A stretch of DNA of 64,000 nucleotides, from contig JBIIWB010000006.1 in NCBI GenBank assembly GCA_044339125.1, positions 24,428-88,427 on the forward strand, written 5' to 3'. The notes under the pieces are model-generated. The model was not told the origin of the DNA, did not search any database, and saw nothing but the letters and a program-made list of their open reading frames with translations. A program made the position numbers and the translations under genes. This DNA is from Rhizomicrobium sp. Lineage in GTDB: Bacteria; Pseudomonadota; Alphaproteobacteria; Micropepsales; Micropepsaceae. Below are positions 28,563-38,458 of the stretch, in pieces. Positions within the stretch are counted from its first letter, which is position 1, and each line of letters begins with the position of its first letter.

Positions 28563-29006
28563 ATGAAGTACGACCTGTCATCCCTGACGGTGCCCGACAG
28601 CGAGGAGGCGGTCGAGCATTTCGACTGGGCCGCCTTTGCGCCCGCCGCCGTCAACCGGAAGAACAATTTCTTTCTGATCGTGGATGAATCCACCGGCATC
28701 AGCGGCAAGCTGCTGACCTGGACGGCCTTCATCCATGGCCAGGTCGATGGTCTGATCTTTGCCGAGCATGTCCAGGTGGAAGAGACCGGCCATGTCAGCG
28801 GTCTGATCTTCTGCCGCACCTTGCAGGTGATCGGGACTGTCACCGCCAATGTGATCTGCGATTCCGTGCATGTGCGGGGCAAAGGCGTTCTTTCCGGCAC
28901 GGTGAAGCACAAGAGCGTGCGGATCGAGGATTCCGGCCGGGTGGCGGGCAATTTCGAGCGCCGTACCGCCTTCGCCGGCGCGGCCAGGCTGTTGCAGCCG
29001 GTCTGA
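28563..29006 (+). CDS. bactofilin paralogue with ~45-aa N-terminal extension
   Basis: Same repeat logic (FIHGQVDGLIFAEHVQVEETGHVSGLIFCRTLQVIGTVTANVICDSVHVRGKGVLSGTV). It starts 27 nt after the first bactofilin gene. Confidence 0.75.
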   Translation: MKYDLSSLTVPDSEEAVEHFDWAAFAPAAVNRKNNFFLIVDESTGISGKLLTWTAFIHGQVDGLIFAEHVQVEETGHVSGLIFCRTLQVIGTVTANVICDSVHVRGKGVLSGTVKHKSVRIEDSGRVAGNFERRTAFAGAARLLQPV

Positions 29007-29206
29007 GGCGGGGCATCCACCCACATTACGGAAAATACGGAATTGGAAGGATTTGTCGCGGGCGCGCTTTCCTCATTTAATGAGATGCGCCCCTCGGGCA
29101 TGATTGACAGCAGGAGACCCGGTACCTTCCATCCGGCCTTATCCGGCGGTGAGACCGGAGCCAATTCAGAACAGGCGGGCCTTCGGCTCGCGAACCGGGA
29201 GACGTC

Positions 29207-31372
29207 ATGAATACCAGGAACACGCCGCTGTCGCGCCGCGCGATGCTCAAGGGCTCTGCCGGCGCCGCCGCGCTGGCGTCGCTGCCGGTCTATCAGGTCG
29301 TGGCGCAGCAGGCCCCCGCTCCCGGCGCTGCGCCCGCGCCCGCCGCCGCGCCCGCGATGCCCGATGTGGATTGGAAGCAGAGCGCCGGCGACATCGCCCA
29401 TTCGCGCTATTCGCAACTGGACCAGATCAATGCCGCCAACTTCAACAATCTGGAAGTGGCCTGGCGCTTCAAGGCCGACAATTACGGCCCGCGCAAGGAC
29501 GCCTACTTCAACGCCTCGCCGCTGATGATCAAGGGCCGTCTCTACGCGCCGGTGGGTATGGACCGCTACATGGTCTGCCTCGACGCCGCCACCGGCCAGT
29601 TGATCTGGTCTTACCGCCATGACGAGAAGGGCCGCCTGGGCGCCCGCCCCGGCACGGGCTGGGGCGCATCCTATTGGACCGACGGCACCAACGAGCGCAT
29701 CCTTTATATCACGCGCAGCTATCAGCTGATTTCGCTCGACGCCAAGACCGGCTTGCCTGATCCGAAGTTCGGCAATGGCACGGAAGTTGATCTGCGCCAG
29801 GACTGGGACCGCGTCGTTGATCCCCGCGCCCAGGTCGTGGGCATGCATGCGCCGCCTTGCATCGTCGGCACCACTGCCGTGATCGGCAATGCCTCCTCGT
29901 CCGCCGGCCCAGGACATCTGCGCGGCTATGACGTCCGCACCGGCAGGCGCAAATGGATTTTCCACACCGTGCCGCAGAAAGGCGAGTTCGGTTATGACAC
30001 CTGGCTTGTTCCCGGCCAGGCCGAAGCCGCCACCAACACCGGCGTCTGGGCCCCGATCACCGCCGATCCGGAGCTGGGCCTTGTCTATGCCGGTGTCGAG
30101 TTGCCCCAGGCCGACTGGATCGGCATCACCCGTCATGGCGATGCGCTCTTCACCGAGACGCTGCTCTGCCTCGATGCCGAAACCGGCCAGCGCAAATGGC
30201 ACTACCAGACCGAGCATCACGGCCTGTGGGACCGCGACATCGCCGCCGCCGCGACGCTGTGCGATGTGCCGATGCCGGGCGGCCGCGTCGTCAAGGCGCT
30301 CGCCCTGCCGACCAAGCAGGCTTTCCTCTTCGTGCTCGACCGCGTCACCGGCAAGCCGCTCTGGCCCATCGAAGAGCGCAAGGTCGAGAAGGGCGATGTG
30401 CCCGGCGAATGGTATGCCCCGACCCAGCCCTTTCCCACAAAGCCGCCGCCGTTCGACCGCCAGGGCTTCAGCCTGAACGACGTCATCGACTGGACGCCGG
30501 AGATCAAGGCGCGCGCCACCGCGATAGTCGCCAAGTACAAGCTGGGACCGATCTACACGCCGCCCTCCGCCATCAAGGAGGACGGCACGGGCACCTGGGG
30601 CACGCTGGCGACGCCGGAAAATCAGGGCGGCGCCAACTGGGGAGGTGGTTCCTATGATCCGGCGACCGGCATCTTCTATCTCTATTCCAAGTCGACGCCG
30701 CAGCTTTACGGCCATGTCATCCGCGCCGATGGCACGCTGGGCGGCGGCGGCGGCACCGGACGCGGCACCAACGACAATATGGGCGGCAGCTTTGGCGGCT
30801 CGGCCAATCCGGGTGGCCGCGCGGGCCTTGGCGGCCCGGTGGCCGACACCGTGCGCGACGGTCTGAACGATCCGATCACGCGCGGCCTGCTCACCATCAA
30901 CGGCATGTCGATCCTCAAGCCGCCATATGGCCGCATCACCGCCATCGACCTGAAGACGGGCAACCAGCTCTGGCAGGCGGTCCATGGCGAGACCCCGGAC
31001 TTCATCAAGAACAATCCGCTGCTCAAGGGCGTCACCATCCCGCGCACTGGCCAGTCGGGCATTCTGGGCGTGATGACCACCAAGAGCCTCGTCATTTGCG
31101 GTGATGCCGGACTGTTCACCGACGAACGCGGGCGCAAGGCGGCGCGCCTGCGCGCTTATGACAAGATGACCGGCCGGGAAGTGGGCGCCGTGTTCATGGA
31201 TCAGGCGCAGACCGGCTCGCCCGTGACCTATATGACGGGCGGACGCCAGTACATCGTGGTCGCCAGCGGTGGCTTCGAAGGCGCCGAGTTCATCGCCTAT
31301 CGCCTGCCGGTCGCGGCGCCTGCTGCTGGCGGCGGCCGTGGTGGCCGCGGCGGCAACAACCAGGGGGACTGA
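29207..31372 (+). CDS. PQQ-dependent dehydrogenase (quinoprotein, soluble, Tat signal)
   Basis: 721 aa. Tat-like SRRAMLKGSAGAAALASL signal and beta-propeller W-motif repeats typical of glucose/alcohol quinoproteins. It has a Gly-rich insert and a GGGRGGRGG tail. Confidence 0.88.
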   Translation: MNTRNTPLSRRAMLKGSAGAAALASLPVYQVVAQQAPAPGAAPAPAAAPAMPDVDWKQSAGDIAHSRYSQLDQINAANFNNLEVAWRFKADNYGPRKDAYFNASPLMIKGRLYAPVGMDRYMVCLDAATGQLIWSYRHDEKGRLGARPGTGWGASYWTDGTNERILYITRSYQLISLDAKTGLPDPKFGNGTEVDLRQDWDRVVDPRAQVVGMHAPPCIVGTTAVIGNASSSAGPGHLRGYDVRTGRRKWIFHTVPQKGEFGYDTWLVPGQAEAATNTGVWAPITADPELGLVYAGVELPQADWIGITRHGDALFTETLLCLDAETGQRKWHYQTEHHGLWDRDIAAAATLCDVPMPGGRVVKALALPTKQAFLFVLDRVTGKPLWPIEERKVEKGDVPGEWYAPTQPFPTKPPPFDRQGFSLNDVIDWTPEIKARATAIVAKYKLGPIYTPPSAIKEDGTGTWGTLATPENQGGANWGGGSYDPATGIFYLYSKSTPQLYGHVIRADGTLGGGGGTGRGTNDNMGGSFGGSANPGGRAGLGGPVADTVRDGLNDPITRGLLTINGMSILKPPYGRITAIDLKTGNQLWQAVHGETPDFIKNNPLLKGVTIPRTGQSGILGVMTTKSLVICGDAGLFTDERGRKAARLRAYDKMTGREVGAVFMDQAQTGSPVTYMTGGRQYIVVASGGFEGAEFIAYRLPVAAPAAGGGRGGRGGNNQGD

Positions 31373-31393
31373 AGACTGGCCGTACAGATTGTG

Positions 31394-31424
31394 AAAGGGG
31401 CTCGCGCCAGCGGGCCCTTTTTGC
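31394..31424 (+). terminator. probable terminator after the PQQ dehydrogenase gene
   Basis: Imperfect GC hairpin (AAAGGGGCTCG...CGGGCCCTTT), followed by TTTTTGC. Confidence 0.4.
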
Positions 31425-31426
31425 TT

Positions 31427-32050
31427 TCAGCGCCTGTCGTCGTGCGGAATGCGCAGCACCGGCAAGGTGATGCGCCAGCGGATCGAGGCGATCCGGATCA
31501 GCGCGATGGCGATGATGCCGATCATGCTGGCAGGCTCCGGCGGGATGATCAGCGCCAGCAGCAGATAGGCGCCGATGCCCGCCAGGCAAGCGGTGACGTA
31601 AAGTTCGGACTGACGGAAGATCAGCGGTACTTCCGCCACCAGCACATCGCGGATCAGGCCACCGGCGCAGCCGGTCAGCGCCCCCATGATGACGATGATG
31701 GGCGCGGAGAGCCCGGCGGCTTCGGCGATGCGCGCGCCCGCGATGCTGAAAAAGGCCAGGCCCAGTGCGTCGGCATATTGCAGGGCCTTGTCGGGCGGGG
31801 GAAAGCGATGCACCCAGGCCCAGGTCGCCGCCGCCGCCAGGATGGAAACGGCGATGAAGGACGGATCGGCGATCCAGAACACCGGATGCCGGTCCATCAG
31901 CACGTCGCGCAGCGTGCCGCCTCCCGTCGCCGTGACGATGGCCAGCACCAGCACGCCGATGGGATCGAGCGCGCGGCGGCCCGCCGCTAGCGCGCCCGAG
32001 GCCGCGAAGACGGCGACACCGGCCAGGGTGAAGAAGTGCAGGAGGGTCAT
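31427..32050 (-). CDS. trimeric intracellular cation channel-like protein (UPF0126/YadS)
   Basis: 207 aa with two UPF0126 repeats, each with the G-x-GGG-x-RD signature (TATGGGTLRDVL and GCAGGLIRDVL). Confidence 0.85.
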   Translation of the reverse strand: MTLLHFFTLAGVAVFAASGALAAGRRALDPIGVLVLAIVTATGGGTLRDVLMDRHPVFWIADPSFIAVSILAAAATWAWVHRFPPPDKALQYADALGLAFFSIAGARIAEAAGLSAPIIVIMGALTGCAGGLIRDVLVAEVPLIFRQSELYVTACLAGIGAYLLLALIIPPEPASMIGIIAIALIRIASIRWRITLPVLRIPHDDRR

Positions 32051-32068
32051 GGGCGGTTGGCCCGCCCG

Positions 32069-32365
32069 TCAGGCGACGGAGACCGGGTCGGAGACCAGCG
32101 CAACGCGGTCGGCGATATCGCCGATCTTGCTGACATAATCCTGGAAGTGCGGCGCGGCGCGATGCGCCGCCACGGCTTCGTCGCTGGCATAGAGTTCGTC
32201 CAGCACCAGGCGGTTGGGTTCGGCCTTTTCGCGCCAGACGTCGTAGCGCAGATTGCCGGGCTCGGCGCGGCTGGGGCCTACCATGCCGTCGATCAGCGTC
32301 TTCAGCGCATCGGCCTTGCCGGGCTTGGCGGTCAGGATGGCCACGATCTTCACCGGATTCGACAT
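32069..32365 (-). CDS. antibiotic biosynthesis monooxygenase (ABM) family protein
   Basis: 98 aa ferredoxin-like fold sequence (VKIVAILTAKPGKADALKTLI...EPGNLRYDVW...LDELYASDEAVAAHRAAPHF). Confidence 0.85.
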   Translation of the reverse strand: MSNPVKIVAILTAKPGKADALKTLIDGMVGPSRAEPGNLRYDVWREKAEPNRLVLDELYASDEAVAAHRAAPHFQDYVSKIGDIADRVALVSDPVSVA

Positions 32366-32618
32366 GCTGCTTTCCCTCTTGCTGAAGCGGCGCCAGCTAA
32401 GGATATCGTGCCGGGCGGATGCAAGTGGGTAAGAAGCCTGCGTCTCTGCTGCAGGACTTGTATCGTCAGGCTCGAGCGCCGCAGCAGAGCCGCGGCGCGA
32501 CCTTCAGCTTCCGACAGCTTCCTTCCCCCGCGAGCGAAGCGACGAGTGGGGAAGGTGGCGCAACGAGGTGTCTGCCTCTTGGCAGACCCGAGTTGCGACG
32601 GATGGGGGGATTGAAGAA

Positions 32619-32693
32619 TGGTGCCGATGGTGAGAATCGAACTCACGACCTATCCCTTACCAAGGGATTGCGCTACCACTACGCTACATCGGC
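32619..32693 (-). tRNA. tRNA-Thr (anticodon GGU)
   Basis: Hand-folded 75-nt cloverleaf. Acceptor GCCGATG/CATCGGC, anticodon stem ATCCC/GGGAT with loop TTGGTAA, T-arm GTGAG-TTCGATT-CTCAC, encoded CCA. Confidence 0.9.
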
Positions 32694-32807
32694 CCGGTGG
32701 TATTTCGGGACCATAAGGCCCCAACCCTTAACCAAACGTCGGTGAAGGGAGCGCTGCTATAACCGAAGGATTTGCGTAAGGAAAGCCGCCTTTTGCGGCA
32801 TGTTGCC

Positions 32808-32948
32808 ATGGCCCGATCCGACCCCGACAAGCTGGCCGCCGCCCTGAGGGCCAACCTGCGCCGCCGCAAGAGCGCCCCGCCGCCTCCGGCCCTGGAAACC
32901 CATGAAAACCCCGAATCGCCGCCGGAAAAGCCGGGCAAAAGCCCTTAG
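32808..32948 (+). CDS. possible 46-aa basic/Pro-rich small protein upstream of murA
   Basis: Not in the track. The product is MARSDPDKLAAALRANLRRRKSAPPPPALETHENPESPPEKPGKSP. The LRxNLRRRK pattern resembles small conserved alphaproteobacterial ORFs as I remember them. Weak call. Confidence 0.3.
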   Translation: MARSDPDKLAAALRANLRRRKSAPPPPALETHENPESPPEKPGKSP

Positions 32949-33015
32949 GCCGGGCAGGGCTGACAGGCTGCTTTTCCGGGTGTTCCCGCCCCCCTTGCCA
33001 CGCTAAAACCTCTGC

Positions 33016-34296
33016 ATGGACAAAATACGAATCCGCGGCGGACGCCGCCTGAAGGGCGAAATCCCCATCAGCGGCGCCAAGAACGCCGCTCTCAAGCTGA
33101 TGGCGGCTTCGCTGCTGTCGGCCGAGCCGTTGACGCTGACCCATGTACCGCGCCTGGCCGATGTCCGCGCCATGGCCGAACTGCTGCGCAGCTTCGGCGT
33201 CGGCGTCACCATCTCGCTGGGCGGCGGCATCGCCGAAGGCGATGTCATGACGCTGGATGCGGGTGCGATCACCTCGACCTTCGCCTCTTACGACATGGTG
33301 CGGAAGATGCGCGCCAGCTTCCAGGTGCTGGGGCCGCTGCTGGCCCGCGTTGGCGAGGCCAAGGTCTCGCTGCCCGGCGGCTGCGCCATCGGCGCGCGCC
33401 CGGTCGAACTGCATCTCGATGCGCTGAAGGCGATGGGCGCCGATGTCTGGCTGGAGGATGGCTATGTCGTCACCCAGGCGCCCGGCGGCTTGAAAGGCGC
33501 GCACATCACTTTCCCGTTTGTCTCGGTGGGCGCGACGGAAACCGCGCTGACGGCGGCGACGCTTGCGAAAGGCACGACCCGCATCAGCAATGCCGCGCGC
33601 GAACCGGAAGTGACCGACCTCTGCCGCTGTCTGGTAGCGATGGGCGCGAAGATCGAAGGCATCGGCACCGGCGAACTGGTGATCGAAGGCGTGAAGGAAC
33701 TGAAGGGCGCGACGCACCGCGTCATGCCCGACCGCATCGAGGCCGGCACCTATGCCATCGCTGCCGTGATCGCGGGCGGCGAAGTCGAGCTGGTGGGCGC
33801 GGAGCGTGAGCACATCGCCTCGCTGCTGTCGCTACTGGAAAAATCCGGTGCGACCGTCAGCGACACGCCCAAGGGCCTGAAGATCGCCATGAATGGCGGG
33901 CGGGTGAAGGCGCAGGACGTCACCACTGCGCCCTATCCGGGCTTTCCCACCGATCTGCAGGCGCAAGTGATGGCGCTGATGGTGGTGGCCGAAGGCTCGT
34001 CCGTGGTGCGCGAGAAGATTTTCGAGAACCGCTTCATGCATGTGCCGGAACTGGCGCGCATGGGTGCGCAGATCCGCGTCGAAGGCGACACCGCCATCGT
34101 CAAGGGCGTCGAAAAACTGCGCGGCGCGCCGGTGATGGCGACGGATCTGCGCGCCTCGGTTTCGCTGGTGCTGGCTGGATTGGTGGCCGAAGGCGAGACC
34201 TCTGTCGGCCGCATCTATCACCTGGATCGCGGTTTCGACCGGCTGGAGGAAAAGCTCGCCAAGGTCGGCGCCGATATCGCGCGGATTCCGGAATGA
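33016..34296 (+). CDS. murA: UDP-N-acetylglucosamine 1-carboxyvinyltransferase
   Basis: 426 aa, [34 protein letters not shown]... The catalytic-loop region reads [12 protein letters not shown]. Confidence 0.97.
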   Translation: MDKIRIRGGRRLKGEIPISGAKNAALKLMAASLLSAEPLTLTHVPRLADVRAMAELLRSFGVGVTISLGGGIAEGDVMTLDAGAITSTFASYDMVRKMRASFQVLGPLLARVGEAKVSLPGGCAIGARPVELHLDALKAMGADVWLEDGYVVTQAPGGLKGAHITFPFVSVGATETALTAATLAKGTTRISNAAREPEVTDLCRCLVAMGAKIEGIGTGELVIEGVKELKGATHRVMPDRIEAGTYAIAAVIAGGEVELVGAEREHIASLLSLLEKSGATVSDTPKGLKIAMNGGRVKAQDVTTAPYPGFPTDLQAQVMALMVVAEGSSVVREKIFENRFMHVPELARMGAQIRVEGDTAIVKGVEKLRGAPVMATDLRASVSLVLAGLVAEGETSVGRIYHLDRGFDRLEEKLAKVGADIARIPE

Positions 34297-34712
34297 TGAA
34301 GCTGGCGGCCCAAGACGCCGACGATCTCACCATCCTGTCGGCGCGGCTGCAGGATGCCGCCGCCAAGCTCGGCGATTTCGCCTGGCTGCCGGGCCAGCGG
34401 CGTTTCGCGGGCGTGGTCAATCGCCTGCAATGGGAGACGGGCGGCAAGACGCGCGTGCGCGCCGGGCTGCATTTCGACGGCGTGCTGGGGGTGAAGAGCC
34501 AGAACGTCAAGCTGGGCGCGGACCATGCCGTGATCGCCATCCTGGCGCTGACATTCACGCCGAACGCGGTGGACGATCCGGCGGGCGTGATCGAGATCGT
34601 GCTGGCGGGCGGCGGTGCCATCCGGCTGGAGGTGGAGTGCATCGACGCCGTGCTGGCCGACATGACCCAGCCCTGGACAGCCATTGCCACGCCCGATCAC
34701 GGGGACGTCTGA
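34293..34712 (+). CDS. DUF2948 family protein
   Basis: 139 aa, [21 protein letters not shown]... In the usual murA-DUF2948-hisD position in Alphaproteobacteria. Confidence 0.8.
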   Translation: MMKLAAQDADDLTILSARLQDAAAKLGDFAWLPGQRRFAGVVNRLQWETGGKTRVRAGLHFDGVLGVKSQNVKLGADHAVIAILALTFTPNAVDDPAGVIEIVLAGGGAIRLEVECIDAVLADMTQPWTAIATPDHGDV

Positions 34713-36010
34713 TGGCGCGGCGGTTGAATTCGCGCGATGCCAGCTTCGCGCAGGATTTTGAGAATCTTCTGTTCGCCAAGCGCGAGGTCGAGGAAGACGT
34801 CGCCGCCGGCGCGCGCGCCATCATCGCCGATGTGCGCAAGCGTGGCGATGCGGCGCTGGTGGATCTGACCAACAAATTCGATCGCGCCAATGTCACCGTG
34901 GAAACGCTGGCCCTGTCGGCGGACGAGATCGGCGCATCGGTGGGCCAGGTGACAGCCGAGCGGCTGGGCGCGATTGAGACCGCCGCCACCCGCATCGAGG
35001 CCTATCACAGGCGGCAATTGCCTGCCGATGAACGCTTCACCGACGAAGCCGGGGCCGAACTGGGCTGGCGCTGGACCAGCGTGGACAGTGTCGGCCTTTA
35101 TGTGCCCGGCGGTACGGCCGCCTATCCGTCTTCCGTGCTGATGAACGCCATCCCGGCCAAGGTCGCGGGCGTGAAGCGCATCGTGATGGTGACCCCCGCC
35201 ACCGGCGGCAAGATCAATCCACTGGTGTTGGCGGCGGCGCGTCGGGGCGGCATTTCGGAAATATATCGCGTCGGCGGGGCGCAGGCCGTGGCGGCGCTGG
35301 CCTATGGCACGGCGACAATTTCGCCGGTGGACAAGATCGTGGGCCCCGGCAATGCCTGGGTCGCGGCGGCCAAGCGCGAAGTCTTCGGCCAGGTCGGCAT
35401 CGATTCCATCGCGGGTCCTTCGGAAATTCTGGTCATCGCAGACAATCAGAACGATCCGGAATGGATCGCCGCCGACCTGCTGAGTCAGGCCGAGCATGAC
35501 GCCTCATCGCAATCCATCCTGATCACCGACGATGCGGGTTTCGCCGACAAGGTGGCGGCCGCCGCGGCGGCGCAGATCGCCATTCTGCCGCGCCGCGACA
35601 TCGCCGCGAAAAGCTGGGCCGACTATGGCGGCATCATCGTGGTCTCCAGCCTGGCCGAAGCGCCTGCGCTGTCCGACCGTTTCGCGCCCGAGCATCTGGA
35701 GATCGCCACCGCCGAACCGGAAAGCCTGCTGGCGCAGGTGCGCCATGCCGGCGCGATCTTCCTGGGACGGCACACGCCCGAAGCGATGGGCGATTACATC
35801 GCGGGCCCGAACCATGTGCTGCCGACCTCGCGCACGGCGCGCTTTTCGTCGGGCCTGTCGGTGCTGGATTTCATGAAGCGCACCACCATCCTGTCGCTGA
35901 CGCCCCAGGCCATCGCGGAACTGGGGCCTGAAGCCATCGCGCTGGCGGAAGCCGAAGGGCTGGAGGCGCACGCCCGTTCAATCGCCGCCCGCCTGAACCG
36001 CAAAGAATGA
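34712..36010 (+). CDS. hisD: histidinol dehydrogenase
   Basis: Start set at ATG 34712 (ATGA overlap with the upstream stop). The product begins [20 protein letters not shown] and contains SQAEHD and GPNHVLPT motifs. The longer tracked ORF (from 34430) is an in-frame extension. Confidence 0.95.
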   Translation: MARRLNSRDASFAQDFENLLFAKREVEEDVAAGARAIIADVRKRGDAALVDLTNKFDRANVTVETLALSADEIGASVGQVTAERLGAIETAATRIEAYHRRQLPADERFTDEAGAELGWRWTSVDSVGLYVPGGTAAYPSSVLMNAIPAKVAGVKRIVMVTPATGGKINPLVLAAARRGGISEIYRVGGAQAVAALAYGTATISPVDKIVGPGNAWVAAAKREVFGQVGIDSIAGPSEILVIADNQNDPEWIAADLLSQAEHDASSQSILITDDAGFADKVAAAAAAQIAILPRRDIAAKSWADYGGIIVVSSLAEAPALSDRFAPEHLEIATAEPESLLAQVRHAGAIFLGRHTPEAMGDYIAGPNHVLPTSRTARFSSGLSVLDFMKRTTILSLTPQAIAELGPEAIALAEAEGLEAHARSIAARLNRKE

Positions 36011-36471
36011 ATTTTCATCTCAGCGCCATCACGCTTGATGAGGCCAGCGTCGTGCAGCGCAGCCCGGCCATCGAGCAGGAGCGCGAAGTGGCGACCCTGG
36101 ATCTGCTCGACGCCAATTCCTTCCGCGTCGAAGGTTCCGATGCCGGGCCTTATGAATTGACGCTGGGCGTGGTGGAAGGTCGGCTGGTGTTCGACATCAA
36201 GCGCGCGGGCGAGCCCCACGGCAAAGTCCAGTTCTCGCTGGCGCCCATGCGCGCCGTCATCCGCGATTACTGGACGGTTTGTGAAAATTTCTACAAGGCG
36301 ATCCGCACCGCCACGCCGCAGCATGTGGAATCGCTGGATGCGGGCCGCCGCGCGCTGCATGACGAAGGCGCCAACGAATTGCGCCACCGGTTGGAAGGCA
36401 AGATCGAAACCGATTTCGACACCGCCCGCCGTCTTTTCACCCTGATCTGCGTGCTACAGCTTCGGGTCTGA
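36007..36471 (+). CDS. UPF0262 family protein
   Basis: 154 aa, translationally coupled to hisD. The sequence is typical of the alphaproteobacterial UPF0262 family. Confidence 0.8.
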   Translation: MNFHLSAITLDEASVVQRSPAIEQEREVATLDLLDANSFRVEGSDAGPYELTLGVVEGRLVFDIKRAGEPHGKVQFSLAPMRAVIRDYWTVCENFYKAIRTATPQHVESLDAGRRALHDEGANELRHRLEGKIETDFDTARRLFTLICVLQLRV

Positions 36472-36884
36472 TGATGACCGCACCTGTGCTCTTTCTGTGC
36501 AACCGCAACGCGATCCGCTCGCCGATGGCGGCGGCGTTGCTCGGCGATCTGGGCGTGGCGGCGGAATCCGCCGGGGTAACGCCGGGTGATCCCGATCCGC
36601 TCTCGTCGGCGGCCCTGGATGAGATCGGCCTGGCGATCCCGTCACCGCCAAGGGACGTGGAAAATGTGAAGCTGGGCCGCTTCGGGCTGATCGTGGCGCT
36701 GTCGCCCCAGGCCCAGCACCGCGCCCTGGAAATGACCCGCAATCTGGGCACCCCGGTCGAGTATTGGGCCGTGGCTGACCCCTCTTCGGTGGACGGCAGC
36801 CGGGAGCAGCGGCTGGCCGCCTACCGCGCGGTGCGCGATGACCTGTTGAAAAAGCTCAAAGACCGCTTCGAAACAGGGGTTTAG
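36471..36884 (+). CDS. low-molecular-weight phosphatase family protein (PTP/ArsC-like)
   Basis: The CX5R(S) P-loop is present in VLFLCNRNAIRSPMAAA. Confidence 0.8.
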   Translation: MMTAPVLFLCNRNAIRSPMAAALLGDLGVAAESAGVTPGDPDPLSSAALDEIGLAIPSPPRDVENVKLGRFGLIVALSPQAQHRALEMTRNLGTPVEYWAVADPSSVDGSREQRLAAYRAVRDDLLKKLKDRFETGV

Positions 36885-36967
36885 CGGCGTTTTAGCGGCC
36901 GAAAGCCTTGCTTTTGGCCCCTTTCTTCGACATATCTCCGCCCCTTAACCAACGCTCACGAGGAAGA

Positions 36968-37189
36968 ATGGCCAAGGAAGAACAGCTGGAATTCGAGGGC
37001 ATCGTCGACGAACTGCTGCCCAACGCGACATTCCGGGTCAAGCTGATCGCCAACGGCCATGTCATCATCGCCCATACCGCGGGCAAGATGCGCAAGAACC
37101 GCATCCGTGTCCTGACCGGCGACAAGGTGATGGTGGAGATGTCTCCCTATGATCTCACCAAAGGGCGCATCAATTACCGCTTCCGCTAA
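36968..37189 (+). CDS. infA: translation initiation factor IF-1
   Basis: 73 aa, [26 protein letters not shown]...[35 protein letters not shown], with a GAGGAAG RBS. Confidence 0.97.
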   Translation: MAKEEQLEFEGIVDELLPNATFRVKLIANGHVIIAHTAGKMRKNRIRVLTGDKVMVEMSPYDLTKGRINYRFR

Positions 37190-37769
37190 ACTGGTTCTGG
37201 CCAGCGCAAGTCCGCGCCGGTTGGCGCTGCTGGCGCAGGCGGGCATCACGCCCGACACTGTTCTTTCCACCGACATCGACGAAACGCCGAAGAAGGCCGA
37301 ACTGCCGCGCATCCATGCGCTGCGGCTGGCGGCGGAAAAGGCGCGCGCCGCGCAGGCGCAGCACACCGGAGAATACATATTGGCGGCTGACACGGTGGTG
37401 GCTTGCGGCCGCCGCATCCTTCCCAAAGCCGAAACCCCCGGCCAGGTAGCGGAATGTCTATCGCTGCTGTCGGGCCGCCGTCACCAGGTGCTGACCGCCA
37501 TCGCCGTCATCACGCCAAGCGGCAGGCTGGTGACGAAGGCGGCCATGACGCGCGTTTCCTTCCGCCGTCTTTCCAGCGACGAGATCGCGGCCTATGTCGC
37601 GGGCGGCGAAGGGCAGGGCAAGGCGGGCGGCTATGCCATTCAGGGCCGGGCCGAGATTTTCGTGAAAGCAATTGACGGCGCCTATTCCACCGTTGTCGGG
37701 CTGCCGCTGGGTTTGACCGTTGGCCTGCTGGAGGGACTGGGTTGGCGCCCGGAAAACACCAATGGCTAA
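37149..37769 (+). CDS. maf: Maf-like nucleoside triphosphate pyrophosphatase
   Basis: The [10 protein letters not shown] motif is present. The only canonical start (ATG 37149) lies 41 nt inside infA, so the true start may be non-canonical near 37190. Confidence 0.88.
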   Translation: MISPKGASITASAKLVLASASPRRLALLAQAGITPDTVLSTDIDETPKKAELPRIHALRLAAEKARAAQAQHTGEYILAADTVVACGRRILPKAETPGQVAECLSLLSGRRHQVLTAIAVITPSGRLVTKAAMTRVSFRRLSSDEIAAYVAGGEGQGKAGGYAIQGRAEIFVKAIDGAYSTVVGLPLGLTVGLLEGLGWRPENTNG

Positions 37770-37941
37770 GTGCCCGGAATGCAGCAAGCCCGGCGATTCC
37801 CGCTTCGCCCCGTTCTGCTCCACCCGCTGCCAGCAGATCGATCTGGGCCGCTGGCTGAAGGGCGACTACGTCATTCCCGGCAGCCGGAGCGAGCCGGACG
37901 GCCCGGCCCCGGTCAAACCGGACGACGAGGACACCGAATAG
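37762..37941 (+). CDS. yacG: DNA gyrase inhibitor YacG (zinc finger)
   Basis: Start set at ATG 37762. The product reads [32 protein letters not shown]. Confidence 0.85.
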   Translation: MAKCPECSKPGDSRFAPFCSTRCQQIDLGRWLKGDYVIPGSRSEPDGPAPVKPDDEDTE

Positions 37942-38053
37942 GCCGTGAAGCCGGGGGTTTAGGTGCCAACTGGCCCGGTCTGGACAGGGCGTAAGCCATC
38001 CCCTAATAAAGCCGGTCCCCGCCCGCCTCCGATCCGACTGGCGCGCAGCTTGG

Positions 38054-38132
<79 letters not shown>

Positions 38133-38180
38133 AAATTCAAAAGCTTAGTAGGGCTATGGTTTCCACCGGAATTTAGGGAT

Positions 38181-38204
38181 GTGTAATTCCCGTGTAATCG
38201 CGCC
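38181..38204 (+). promoter_or_regulatory. candidate integrase arm-type sites (GTGTAAT x2, 11-bp phasing), left arm
   Basis: GTGTAATTCCCGTGTAATCGCGCC matches GTGCAATTTCCGTGTAATTGCGCC at 46797-46820 at 21 of 24 positions, in the same orientation. Confidence 0.4.
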
Positions 38205-38458
38205 ATTGCGCTTAGCATTCACGATATCACGTTCCTAAAGTCCCCAACGTCTTGGCGCCAGAGACGGCTAGATGCGACCCATCTCAGCCAGTTTGCGAAA
38301 ATGCGCTCCCAGAGCGGTCAATCGGCAGCCCGTGGAGTGGACTGCCGCATGCCACATATGTGGCTGATCGACCGGCACAATGAGTCCGTGACGATAGCAT
38401 GCTTGCAGCTAATCGAGTGCGGCGAAGCCAGCGTAAATGGTGTCTTGGAGGCGCAATC

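Noticed and set aside
34430-36010. 526-aa version of hisD with a Gly/Arg-rich N-terminal extension.
   Set aside because: The extension overlaps the DUF2948 gene in another frame. Typical HisD begins at the [12 protein letters not shown] start (ATG 34712), which is ATGA-coupled to the upstream stop.
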